From an uncultured Gammaproteobacteria bacterium (GTDB taxonomy: Bacteria > Cyanobacteriota > Vampirovibrionia > Gastranaerophilales > CAZEDP01): a stretch of 64,000 nucleotides of DNA. The notes beneath the pieces are model-generated. The model saw nothing but the letters and a program-made list of their open reading frames with translations, had not been told where the DNA came from and ran no database searches. The position numbers and the translations under genes are program-made. Location: contig CAZXPD010000007.1 of assembly GCA_964643065.1 (NCBI GenBank), positions 136-64,135 on the forward strand, given 5' to 3'. This document shows, piece by piece, positions 38,509-48,381 of this stretch (positions are counted from its first letter, which is position 1; each line of letters opens with the position of its first letter).

Positions 38509-39083
38509 AAATGTTCCTCCAAATTCAACTATACTTAATATAATAAATAATCTTCACTGTTACTTTATAAAAGTATATCATTTTTGTATAAACATTGGCT
38601 AACAATTAAATCATTTTTAATATGAAATACAGAAAGAATGTGGGCAATAATTTATTAAATTTGTTAATTTTTTAAAATTTTGATCATTTTTCTTCGTCTC
38701 ATCAGAGTTTTTTTAAAGAAAAATGAGGTATGGGTACATAATAAGTGCAAATTTAATAAAATATACAAATAATATTACTGAGATAATATTGTAACATTCT
38801 ATTAACAATTTAAGGATTAAAGAACTTAAATGTTTTAATTTATTTGTTAATGAGGGTTTGAAAAATTCTGATAATTTTGAAAAATCGAATTTTTCAAACC
38901 CGACCTTGGAAAGGTTGTTAAACCGGAGTTATACAAAAGGAAAGGATGAGTTTTCTTTTTATAACTCATACGTGCGAGAGGCAATAACAGCTGCGAGAAG
39001 CCGTCAATTTAGCCTTGACAAAGGATAATGTAAGTTACGAGAAAATATAATTAATTTGCATCTTCAATTACAAAGCTGATAAT

Positions 39084-39647
39084 TTAAAGGGCTTTGCCGA
39101 TTGAAAAAGCCATCCCCAAAGAGTTACCCACAGAAAAATATTGTTGGATTTCCGGAGCATAGAGCATCGGCTTTAATTTCGACATATCTGGAACCCCGTC
39201 CGTAATGATATCAGCATCAGCATAAACATCAATAATCTCGCCCACAAATTCAGTATGCAATCCCAGTTCTATAACGTTTACAACTTTACAATGCAGATTA
39301 AGCGAAAATTCCTTTATGTACGGTGCATCGACTAATTCGCTCTTTACCGGAGTTAAACCTGTAATTGCAAATTTGTCTTTATCTCTTCCGGTCACCATTC
39401 CAAAATAGTCAGCTTCCTTAATGTGTTTTTCCGATGGAATATTCACCGTATATGCCATTTTTTCCATAATATTTTCATAAGTATATGTAGCTTTCCTGAG
39501 TGATACATATACGCAAGGGGGATTAGAGCAGCAAATACCGCCCCATGCGGCATTCATTGCATTAGCCTTACCCTCTTTATCATATGAAGCAACAATAAAC
39601 ACAGGGGTTGGATATACAATAGTTTTAGCTCCGAGGCTTTTTTTCAT
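39084..39647 (-). CDS. Flavin reductase-like (FMN-binding split-barrel) protein
   Basis: 187 aa (..YPTPVFIVASYDKEGKANAMNAAWGG..). Confidence 0.8.
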   Translation of the reverse strand: MKKSLGAKTIVYPTPVFIVASYDKEGKANAMNAAWGGICCSNPPCVYVSLRKATYTYENIMEKMAYTVNIPSEKHIKEADYFGMVTGRDKDKFAITGLTPVKSELVDAPYIKEFSLNLHCKVVNVIELGLHTEFVGEIIDVYADADIITDGVPDMSKLKPMLYAPEIQQYFSVGNSLGMAFSIGKAL

Positions 39648-39789
39648 AAAACATCTCCTGTTTAATTTATTAAATTATATCGGCAGTCGATGAATCCTGT
39701 AAATTATACAAATGAACTATCAAGGGAATGTTTTAATAATACAAAAGCCTCTCTGCTTGAGAGGCTTAAAACAAATATGTCCGAAGAAA

Positions 39790-40677
39790 TCATACGAGGA
39801 TATGTTCAATGTACCCGTCTCCAAAACCGTCTGACTGATTATCAAAATAATCATTAATAAAAATCGATGCCGTTTCATTATGATTTGCTTCCTGCAGAGT
39901 TATTTCCGCTGTACGCAGGATTTCAATTTCAGTTTCGGTAAAGTTAATCAGAAGACTGTCCAAATAGCCGTTCTGGTCGTTATCCATAGAAACATATTCA
40001 ATAATTATGTTGTCATTCAAAGTAGTCAAATCAAGAGTATCTTCGCCGCCAACATCTCTGATAATGTCATTGCCGAAATCCGCTGAAAAGTAGCCTTGAT
40101 ATGTATCGTTCCCATGGTCCCCTGCAAGCCAGTCATTGCCCGTTGCTCCTACAAGTATGTTTGCACCGTCATTTCCGCCTAAATGATTGTTTAGACTGTT
40201 TCCAACTAGATTGATATCGCCGTTTCCCGTTAATTTTATATTCTCAACATTGGCAGGCATCAAATAACTTGCCGAACTATAAACAAAATCAATTCCCTGT
40301 GCTTCGTCTTCCAGTACTATGTCATCCGAATTATTGACATAATAAGTATCATTTCCTTGTCCGCCAATCATTACATCTATACCGGCTCCTCCGTCAAGCA
40401 TGTCATTTCCGTCATTGCCGTATAAAGTATCCTCACCGGAGCATCCCTTGAGCCAATCATCTCCTTCATTTCCCGCCAGAGCATCATTTCCGTTCCTGCC
40501 GGATATGTTGTCATTGCCAAGTCCTCCGGATAGCCCGTCATTACCTTCTCCGCCAATAACCAAATCATTGCCTTCAAAGGCTAATATTTTGTCATCTCCT
40601 TCCAAACCGTTTATGAAATCGTTATCCAACGTGCCGTTCAGTGTATCATCACCCGATGTTCCTATTATCAAAGCCAT
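39790..40677 (-). CDS. RTX-type calcium-binding repeat protein
   Basis: 295 aa with more than 10 tandem GGxGxDxL/I nonapeptide repeats (GGEGNDGLSGGLGNDNISGRNGNDALAGNEGDD..). It has no N-terminal signal peptide. Confidence 0.85.
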   Translation of the reverse strand: MALIIGTSGDDTLNGTLDNDFINGLEGDDKILAFEGNDLVIGGEGNDGLSGGLGNDNISGRNGNDALAGNEGDDWLKGCSGEDTLYGNDGNDMLDGGAGIDVMIGGQGNDTYYVNNSDDIVLEDEAQGIDFVYSSASYLMPANVENIKLTGNGDINLVGNSLNNHLGGNDGANILVGATGNDWLAGDHGNDTYQGYFSADFGNDIIRDVGGEDTLDLTTLNDNIIIEYVSMDNDQNGYLDSLLINFTETEIEILRTAEITLQEANHNETASIFINDYFDNQSDGFGDGYIEHILV

Positions 40678-40932
40678 ATTTGCCTCCTTATTAATTGACC
40701 TGTATAAAAAGATTTTCTATTTTTATAAAATTATAAAATTTAAAACACGGCATAAAAGCACTAGGAGGCTAAAATATCTTTGTTATGATTTTCAATCGAA
40801 TCATTATTATTATTTTTGTAAATGAATACTTACAGATAAAAAAAGTTCCTGCAAATTTATTACCAACTTGGAATTCACGCTTGTTAAATTTATAATTAAT
40901 GAACAAGAAACAGCTAAATTCAGGTTATTGAA

Positions 40933-42303
40933 TTGAATAAGAAAATTATGCTTTTTGTCCTATTTTTAATTACCGGTACAGGGTTTACACCCTTTTACAG
41001 CTCATATGCGGCGCAAAATAACCCTCAAAACCGCCCTAAGACAGTTTCATCAAAGCAACAGGAAGCAATAAGTTACTACAACAAGGCTGTAAAACTTCAT
41101 TTAGAAAATCAATACGATATTGCCGTTATTAATTATCGCAAGGCTCTTGAATTAAATCCCAATTTTAATGATGCCAAATTTAATCTGGCAAATATTTATT
41201 TTATCAAAGCTAACCAATATTCCAAAAAAAACGATTTTGCACAAGCCGTATCTTATATGAACAAAGGGATTGCGCTAAATCCCAAAGCGTTAAACGCAAA
41301 GCACAATCTTGCGGTAATTTATTACAACAATGGCGTTACTCAATTCGATAATAATGATTTTGAGGGAGCATTAAAGTCTTATGATAAGGTAACGGAAATC
41401 GAACCTGATTTCACGGAAGCATATTTTGCAAAAGGAAACGCATATTTAAAACTCAATCAGTATGATTTGGCACAAGGCTGTTACAAAAAAGTTCTTGAAC
41501 TCAATCCTAATCACTCAGGCGCAAAAAACAATAACGGCTATGCTCTTCAACAACAAGAAGAATACACCGTAAACAAAAATCTTAACGAATTTCGAATTAC
41601 CGAACGAGCCCCATCGCAGCTGTATAATCTTGTCAAATCTGACACAAGGGTTGATAAATCCTTAATCAGCAGTTTATATACAATGCTGGATTTAATCTGG
41701 TCTGACCCTGACGGCAAAAAACTTCTAAGCATAGTAATTAACAAAAAAATTCCAATCAATATCACCCCTTCAATGACGCGAGCCAATGCAAAGGTCGAGC
41801 AAAAACAATACAAATTAATGGTTTACGGTATTATACCTTTAACTGTTTACAATGAGAAAAATATTTCAATCAATATAAGTCAGGACTATATAAACGAATT
41901 CAATGACACTAACCTCTCATATCGGCAGAGAATTAACAGTCTTCAGGTAATAATTCACGAAGTCTGCCATGCCGCAAAATCAACCTTATCAAAGACAAAA
42001 GATTCTCTCAGCGAAGAAATGGGAGCTTCAATCATCGGCTATAACATTTCATACAGAGTTCTTACGGGTAATCCAATGACAGAAAAGCAAATTGAAGATT
42101 ATTCCAAAACCATCTTAAAATCACTGCTTATGGACAGTCACCGCTATCTTGACGTATATAACGATTTTAGCGAACAAATGAACAGACTCGGCATTGTACA
42201 GCCTTATTCATACAAATATGCGAGCATTCCCGCCGTTTATTCACAAATCAGAAGAGACAAAGACACTCAAAGACTTGACACACTTGAAAAGATGTTAAAT
42301 TAA
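40933..42303 (+). CDS. Secreted TPR-repeat protein with a C-terminal HExxH domain
   Basis: 456 aa with a signal peptide (..FYSSYAAQ), about 5 TPR units and a C-terminal region containing IIHEVCHAAKS with a downstream EEMG. Confidence 0.75.
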   Translation: MNKKIMLFVLFLITGTGFTPFYSSYAAQNNPQNRPKTVSSKQQEAISYYNKAVKLHLENQYDIAVINYRKALELNPNFNDAKFNLANIYFIKANQYSKKNDFAQAVSYMNKGIALNPKALNAKHNLAVIYYNNGVTQFDNNDFEGALKSYDKVTEIEPDFTEAYFAKGNAYLKLNQYDLAQGCYKKVLELNPNHSGAKNNNGYALQQQEEYTVNKNLNEFRITERAPSQLYNLVKSDTRVDKSLISSLYTMLDLIWSDPDGKKLLSIVINKKIPINITPSMTRANAKVEQKQYKLMVYGIIPLTVYNEKNISINISQDYINEFNDTNLSYRQRINSLQVIIHEVCHAAKSTLSKTKDSLSEEMGASIIGYNISYRVLTGNPMTEKQIEDYSKTILKSLLMDSHRYLDVYNDFSEQMNRLGIVQPYSYKYASIPAVYSQIRRDKDTQRLDTLEKMLN

Positions 42304-42316
42304 ATATATTCACATC

Positions 42317-42343
42317 GTCATTCTGAGGCAACGCCGAAGAATC
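42317..42343 (+). repeat. GTCAT...ATC hairpin repeat, single copy in a 3' UTR
   Basis: GTCAT-TCT-GA-GGC-AAC-GCC-GA-AGA-ATC. It lies between the stop at 42303 and the terminator at 42440-42483. Confidence 0.6.
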
Positions 42344-42439
42344 TCATCATCATTGATCTAACGATGTTTCGTTTTACTGTACATTACCAATATAATTAAT
42401 CCCTTTATATAAATAATCTTTAAATTAAATTTTGTTAAT

Positions 42440-42483
42440 TTTTCGTGCTAAATAAGTTTTTCAGCGCGAAAATTTTTTTTTAT
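42440..42483 (+). terminator. Intrinsic terminator
   Basis: TTTTCGTGCT pairs with AGCGCGAAAA (one G-T pair) across a 13-nt loop, followed by a T run of more than 10. Confidence 0.55.
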
Positions 42484-42527
42484 TTATTTAGAAGGGAATA
42501 AGTCGGGCAGATTTTTGAAGGAAAGCA

Positions 42528-43505
42528 ATGCATCAAGTAAGTGGATTTAATAAGGAATATTATTTTAATAATTTCAATTCTGTGAGCTTTAAACAAGCCG
42601 ATAATTTAGCATTTGTGCGAAATGAGAATAAGGACAAACCTGTAACAAAACCCGCAAATCCTTTTCTGAGCAAGGACACTTTAGAATTATCGGGTAAAAA
42701 AATAGAAACCGCCCTGAAAAGTTTTGATTCCGGAGCAGTTAATTTCAAAGACATTTCGATTGGACTGCTTGAATCAATCCCGTTTGTGAGAAGAATTGTG
42801 AGTATTGAAAGCGGAAAAGAAAATAATGATAACTTCAAAACGCTTGGAGCAACCCTTCTGCTTCTGGCAAACGCGCCCGAAGACACAAGAGATTTAATTG
42901 CAGGCATCAACCAATTTATTAATCCCAAAAAGGTAAAGGCAGGCTTGAGCTATGAATACCAGTCGAAGTTTTCATTTTTAAGAGGCACTTTGTTTGAATT
43001 TTTGCTTAAGGGAAAAGGTAGATACACCAAGCCGATTTCGGAATTTTTGTATAAAAAAGATAAAACATTATTTGATACAGAAATAGGACAAAAAATTTTA
43101 AATCTGGCAAAATGTTCTGTTGAAGATATGCAATTAACTCAAAGAAAAGACATAATGAAAAATGCAGTTCCTTCCTTTAAATTTTTTGATAAGCCAAAAT
43201 TAAGGTGGATTATCGGAAGGGCTTCATTAAGAATAACTCTTCTTAGCATTTTAGTATTTTCCGCTCTTGAAATTCCTCAAATAATTAAAGCCGTTAAAAA
43301 AGGAAATAATATAACCTCTAAAATATCAAACGGCTTAAAGCAAATACTAAAATCATTAGTTAATGTTTCGGTTATTCTCTTATCAACAGCGCTGTTCGGT
43401 GCATTTTTCGCTAAAAAAGGACCTGCGGGATCTTTGTTCGGCATAGGAACAGGCGCTTATCTTGGCTCTAAAGTATCAAAAAAGATTAATGAAAACATTG
43501 TTTAA
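42528..43505 (+). CDS. Hypothetical membrane protein with the shared N-terminal module (MHQVSGFNKEYYFNNFNSVSFKQ..)
   Basis: 325 aa with ribosome-binding site GAAGGAAAG and C-terminal hydrophobic segments (ITLLSILVFSALEI, VSVILLSTALFGAFF). Confidence 0.65.
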   Translation: MHQVSGFNKEYYFNNFNSVSFKQADNLAFVRNENKDKPVTKPANPFLSKDTLELSGKKIETALKSFDSGAVNFKDISIGLLESIPFVRRIVSIESGKENNDNFKTLGATLLLLANAPEDTRDLIAGINQFINPKKVKAGLSYEYQSKFSFLRGTLFEFLLKGKGRYTKPISEFLYKKDKTLFDTEIGQKILNLAKCSVEDMQLTQRKDIMKNAVPSFKFFDKPKLRWIIGRASLRITLLSILVFSALEIPQIIKAVKKGNNITSKISNGLKQILKSLVNVSVILLSTALFGAFFAKKGPAGSLFGIGTGAYLGSKVSKKINENIV

Positions 43506-43954
43506 TTATTAATCATCATATCAATTACACCACTGGCGGAATTTTTCCCAAGTTTTTCTTCAGAAGCCCTTTTCGCTGCATTGATAATTTGTTGAAAAAG
43601 AGATGTATTTTGTATTCCGTCAAAATCATTATGTATAAGCCGACCGAATTCACCATGATCGTGCCTTAATGCAATTCCTTCCGTTGCTTGAATCAAGTCT
43701 GCAAACTGCTTAACAGTTAAAATAATTTTTTCTGAAAATCGGACTTTACCATTCAGTATTTGAAAACCCACATCTTTGATTACGGGACTCTCAAAAACTT
43801 GCGGCGATATACCGCCCCAGCCGAATGAAACCTTATTATGTTGAACCGACTTTGTTCTTTCAAAGCAGTCATTTAAATATCTAAGTTTATTCTGCGCGCA
43901 TGAATCTTTCTTCTCTAACCCAATACGGTTTGATAATACAGGACATACTTTCAT
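43502..43954 (-). CDS. Hypothetical protein with the shared N-terminal module (MKVCPVLSNR..DSCAQN..HNKVSFGWGG)
   Basis: 150 aa with ribosome-binding site AGGTG. It is convergent with the previous gene and overlaps it by 4 nt. Confidence 0.65.
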   Translation of the reverse strand: MKVCPVLSNRIGLEKKDSCAQNKLRYLNDCFERTKSVQHNKVSFGWGGISPQVFESPVIKDVGFQILNGKVRFSEKIILTVKQFADLIQATEGIALRHDHGEFGRLIHNDFDGIQNTSLFQQIINAAKRASEEKLGKNSASGVIDMMINN

Positions 43955-44151
43955 TGATTAACACCTGCTGTTTAATTTTCCTCTAACTCTAATATATTTA
44001 TTATTTTGATTAAAGATTAAAGCAAAACTTTAAAAAGTGCAATATTTTTAAAAAAAATATTAAGTTTCTGTAATATTTTTTAAAATGATATTCCCGGACA
44101 TACGGACAAAATAAATTGTTATTGTATTTTGTGTGTATTTTAATAACTAAT

Positions 44152-45288
44152 ATGCTTAAAAGAATTATTAAAAGAATAATAAATAGACAAGATAAAAAGA
44201 TTTCAGGCAAACAGGATACAAAAAGTCTTCTTTTAATACGCCTTGACGGTATCGGCGATTATATACTGTTTCGCAATTTTATTGAGGTACTTAAAAACAG
44301 CCCGCAGTACAAAAACCATAAAATAACACTTCTCGGTAACAAACTCTGGAAAGATCTTGCAGTTAACCTCGATTCTAAATTCATCGATAATTTTATATGG
44401 CTTGACACTGATAAATATCAGCACAACAAAAGATATGAAAAACAAATAAACAAACAACTTTCAAAAATCTCTTTTGATGTACTGATTAACCCAATACACT
44501 CAAGCGCATTCTATGTACATTGCATTGCAAACATTATAAAAGCCGAAGAAAAAATTGCTTCTAAAGGTGATGAATTCATCATCTCAAAAGAACATAAACT
44601 AACCTCAGAACATTGGTACACAAGGCTTATTGAAACCGATGCGGGAAATCAATTCGAATTTTACCGCATAAAAGACTTTTTCGAAAAACTTCTCGGAACT
44701 AAAATTAATTTGTCAGCGCCGTTTATTGACATAAAAAATACAAAATCACCAATTAAAGGAAGAACTGATTATGCAGTTATTTTCCCTCAGGCTTCAACAA
44801 AATCAAAACGCTGGAAAGCCAAAAACTTTGCCGAAATCTCAGAATATCTTTTCAAAAAATATAATCTGAAATCTGTCTTAGCAGGAGGCAAAAATTTTAA
44901 CGATTTAAAAATTTCATACAGGGTTTGGAATTTTTTCAAGCCGAAATATATAGCAAACTATACCGGCAGAATTTCTCTTTGTGAATTGGCAAAAATAATA
45001 TCCGAAGCGAAAATTCTTGTGTCAAACGATACAGGAGCTTACCATATTGGAGTATCAACGGGAGTAAAAACTCTTTGCATTTCAAACGGATTTACACTCG
45101 GACGATACCACCCTTATCCAAAAGAAATTTCTGATAAAGCAGAATTTATTTATCCGCCGGAAATCAGCCAACAAGGAAAAATTAGTCACGAACTCTATGA
45201 AAAATACAGATATTTTTCACCATTCCGGATAAATTCAATCAAAACTGCTGATGTTATTGATATACTCGACAAACTACTTTCAAAATGA
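44152..45288 (+). CDS. Glycosyltransferase family 9 (heptosyltransferase-like)
   Basis: LLIRLDGIGDYILFRNF and a C-terminal VSNDTGAYHIG motif. The ATG at 44152 (MLKRII..) is preferred over the track start at 44116. Confidence 0.85.
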   Translation: MLKRIIKRIINRQDKKISGKQDTKSLLLIRLDGIGDYILFRNFIEVLKNSPQYKNHKITLLGNKLWKDLAVNLDSKFIDNFIWLDTDKYQHNKRYEKQINKQLSKISFDVLINPIHSSAFYVHCIANIIKAEEKIASKGDEFIISKEHKLTSEHWYTRLIETDAGNQFEFYRIKDFFEKLLGTKINLSAPFIDIKNTKSPIKGRTDYAVIFPQASTKSKRWKAKNFAEISEYLFKKYNLKSVLAGGKNFNDLKISYRVWNFFKPKYIANYTGRISLCELAKIISEAKILVSNDTGAYHIGVSTGVKTLCISNGFTLGRYHPYPKEISDKAEFIYPPEISQQGKISHELYEKYRYFSPFRINSIKTADVIDILDKLLSK

Positions 45289-45322
45289 ATCCATGTCAGA
45301 AAAAGCTGAGAAGTGCGGCTTT

Positions 45323-46657
45323 TTACTTTTTCTTTGCCGGTTTAGTCTTCTCGATATTATTCAGCGGAGTGTGACTGATGATGTTCTCGGTAATATTCAA
45401 ATTAACTTTTCTGTTAAGCTGATTTTCAAGCAGTTTTTTAACGGAGCTTTTGAAAGTATCATCTAACGGAGTTGAGACATCAACGTTGATAAGGATATTG
45501 TAAGCAGCTGTTGAATTTGAATAAGAATATTCGTAATTTTTTAAAACCGCATCCTGAAGTATGGTCAATTTTTCCTTAACTGTTTTTTCTATTATGTCCT
45601 CGGGATAGACAGGTGTTAAAGCTGCAATTTCGGTTTTCTTTTCGGAAGGCTCGGTTACATAAGTCTGCAACAGCTTATTACTGACCCGCACAACAGGTGA
45701 AACTTCAAGGTTTAGCTGAACCGGATGACCAATTTCATACTCGATTTTATTTTCTATTTTTCTAACTTCCTGAGGAGTAACTTTTTGTGAGGTTCTGATA
45801 TTTGCATTAATTACAAAGATATTATCTTTTTGGATAAAATCCAGATTTACCAATTTAGAATTGGGTTCTAACAGACTTATACTATCGGTAATATTTGATG
45901 AGAATAAATTCTGCATTTTCGTATTTTTAATAGACTTATACATAAAGAATATCAGGGGAATAGAAATTAAAAAAAGCATGGAAATGGGATATATAAGTCT
46001 TTTGGGAAAAAACTTCAGTTTTCCTGTTTCTTCGTCAAAGAATATTTTTTCTCCAAAACCGACCAATTTAAAAATTAAAATCCCGGCAACATTAATTGCG
46101 ATGATGTTGGACAAAAACAGCAAAACCGCTCCACCGGCAATATTAAAATCCTGTTTTGCTATACCTATGCCGATAACGCAGAGAGGAGGCATCAATGCCG
46201 AAGCAATTGCAACCCCTGGAAGTATAGCGCTTTGGGGTCTGTAACAAATCGCAATGGTACCGGCAAGGCCGCTTGCAAATGCAATGATTAAATCAAGCAA
46301 AGTAGGCTTGCTTCTTGCCAAAATCTCGGGATTTATCGAAAAAACCGGCAAAAGAAGCGTAAGTAAAATTGCTATGGATATTGAAATCAATACCCCGCTT
46401 AGTTCCGCCCATATTGCTGTTTTGAACAGTTCGTTATTTCCCATTGTTAGAGAAAGCGCTCCCTTCAGAATAGGGTACATCAGCGGAGCAATAAGCATCG
46501 CGCCTATAATTACCGCAACACTGTTTGAAACCAGTCCGTAAGTTGCAATAATGCAGGAAAGCGTTACCATAGCAAAATAATATTTGTCAGGCGTAGATTC
46601 TAACTTAATGTTCTCAATTATTTTATTTTTTGTATGCTTATCGAGTTTATAATTCAT
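45323..46657 (-). CDS. DUF389-like integral membrane protein with a C-terminal soluble extension
   Basis: 444 aa with multiple TM helices (..VAVIIGAMLIAPLMYPI.., ..AILPGVAIASALMPPLCVIGIG..). Confidence 0.65.
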   Translation of the reverse strand: MNYKLDKHTKNKIIENIKLESTPDKYYFAMVTLSCIIATYGLVSNSVAVIIGAMLIAPLMYPILKGALSLTMGNNELFKTAIWAELSGVLISISIAILLTLLLPVFSINPEILARSKPTLLDLIIAFASGLAGTIAICYRPQSAILPGVAIASALMPPLCVIGIGIAKQDFNIAGGAVLLFLSNIIAINVAGILIFKLVGFGEKIFFDEETGKLKFFPKRLIYPISMLFLISIPLIFFMYKSIKNTKMQNLFSSNITDSISLLEPNSKLVNLDFIQKDNIFVINANIRTSQKVTPQEVRKIENKIEYEIGHPVQLNLEVSPVVRVSNKLLQTYVTEPSEKKTEIAALTPVYPEDIIEKTVKEKLTILQDAVLKNYEYSYSNSTAAYNILINVDVSTPLDDTFKSSVKKLLENQLNRKVNLNITENIISHTPLNNIEKTKPAKKK

Positions 46658-46667
46658 AACTCTGCCT

Positions 46668-47927
46668 CTACATACTGATAAAGAACCTGAAATATAAATA
46701 TGCCGAACTCATAATGAGTGAAACAGCGGTAACAAGAACGCCATATTTAAAGAATTTCATAAACGAAATGTTATATCCGAATGCGCGTGAAGAATCAATA
46801 ACTATAACATTAGCCGCAGCGCCTATTATTGTGGCATTACCGCCTAAGCATGCACCCAGAGCAAGACTCCACCACAGCGGATATACATTCATTGTTGCTG
46901 AAAGTTCCTTTATTAAGGGTACCATTGTTGCAGTATAAGGTATATTGTCGATAACGGCAGAAAAAATCCCCGACATCCACAAAATCATATATGCTGCAAT
47001 TTCTGAACTTCCCCCGGTCAGAGACAGCATCTTTTCAGACAGAAGTTTAATCCCGCCTGCTTCGGCAAATCCGCCGACAATCAAGAATAAACCGATGAAA
47101 AAGAATATTGTCGTCCATTCGACTTCCTGAATAATCTGAGACGGAGTATCGAAGAGTAACAATACACCCGCTCCGAGCATTGATATTATATAGGCATCAA
47201 TTTTTGTGATGTCGTGAGTTAAAAAACCTAATATGACAAGTGCAAGAACCACAACCGACCTGATCATGGATTTTTTGTCTTTTATCAAATTTTTGTTATC
47301 TACATTTTGTAATTTATCTTCGATAGCAGGAGTGCATTTAAGTTCTCTTCTAAACAGGAAAAGTAAAAGGAACATTGACACCACAAAAATTAATACCACA
47401 ATTAATGTCAGCTCTCTTACGAAGTCAAGGAATGACAATCCTGCGGCGCTTCCGATAATAATATTCGGGGGGTCTCCTATCAATGTAGCTGTTCCGCCTA
47501 TATTTGAGGATAAAATAATTGTAATGAGGTAGGGTATCGGGTCAATATCTAATTCCGAGGCTATGGAAAAAATTACCGGCAGTATAAGAAAAACCGTTGT
47601 CACATTATCAAGAAAAGCCGAAAAGAATGCAGTAAACAATGCAACAGAAAGTAATATAAGCTTGGGATTCCCTTTAGTCAGCTTTATCATTTCAAAAGCA
47701 ATTTTTTTAAAAACGCCGGTTCTGGCAGTAATTGTTACAATAATCATCATACTGACAAGCAGGAATATAACACTGAAATCAATATGAGAGAATATTTTTT
47801 CCTGTGGTCCCTTCTCCATTACAAGCATTAAAGCTGACCCGATGAGAGCAGTCGTTACTTTAGGAATTTTTTCCCACGCTATTAAAATAAACGCCGTTAT
47901 TAATATTAATGATGAAAATACTAACAT
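46668..47927 (-). CDS. ArsB/NhaD-superfamily (SLC13-like) anion permease
   Basis: 419 aa, polytopic, with a duplicated motif (SAFLDNVT..; SAVIDNIPYTA; GG.ATLIGDPPN / GGNATIIGAAAN). Confidence 0.82.
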   Translation of the reverse strand: MLVFSSLILITAFILIAWEKIPKVTTALIGSALMLVMEKGPQEKIFSHIDFSVIFLLVSMMIIVTITARTGVFKKIAFEMIKLTKGNPKLILLSVALFTAFFSAFLDNVTTVFLILPVIFSIASELDIDPIPYLITIILSSNIGGTATLIGDPPNIIIGSAAGLSFLDFVRELTLIVVLIFVVSMFLLLFLFRRELKCTPAIEDKLQNVDNKNLIKDKKSMIRSVVVLALVILGFLTHDITKIDAYIISMLGAGVLLLFDTPSQIIQEVEWTTIFFFIGLFLIVGGFAEAGGIKLLSEKMLSLTGGSSEIAAYMILWMSGIFSAVIDNIPYTATMVPLIKELSATMNVYPLWWSLALGACLGGNATIIGAAANVIVIDSSRAFGYNISFMKFFKYGVLVTAVSLIMSSAYLYFRFFISM

Positions 47928-47989
47928 TACGCCTCTAAATTATACATTAGTATAATTATACATGCTTAATTTCGGGTTTGAATTTTTTG

Positions 47990-48217
47990 TTATTTTAACA
48001 AACCCAACCTTTGAAACAACCCTTTGATAAAAGACACGTCATTAGCAAGTTTCAAATCAATTTTATTTCTGCCGAAAATCCTTCTGTCTATTCCTGAACG
48101 TTTATCGTCATTAACAGGCACATCTTCTTTGCGCCTGTCCGATTTATTCAAATACTGCGGATAAAGATTTAATATATTTATCAGCAATTTACCCGTCCCT
48201 GAATTTTCACTCGCCAT
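47990..48217 (-). CDS. Small basic hypothetical protein (75 aa)
   Basis: An ORF only. It contains DRR-type basic repeats (SDRRKED, SGIDRRIFGRN). Confidence 0.35.
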   Translation of the reverse strand: MASENSGTGKLLINILNLYPQYLNKSDRRKEDVPVNDDKRSGIDRRIFGRNKIDLKLANDVSFIKGLFQRLGLLK

Positions 48218-48381
48218 ACAAATTTTACACCAAATTTGAAATTTTTATATTGCCCGTCTAATTAATAAAACCAAAACAAAATAAAAATTGCTTAATTATT
48301 TTTACATAAGGGTAAAACTTTAGCAATTTTTATAATAAAACGAAGTATAATAGACATAAATCAATCAAAAAAGGACTAAAA

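Noticed and set aside
40400-40825. 141-aa Pro/Ser-rich ORF (PSLPSPPDSPSLPSPP..)
   Set aside because: It is the antisense reading of the GGxGxD repeat DNA of the RTX gene and is an artefact of the repeats.
48218-48381. preQ1 riboswitch upstream of queD
   Set aside because: The 164-nt AT-rich leader has no recognisable preQ1-I or preQ1-II hairpin with an A-rich tail adjacent to the ribosome-binding site.
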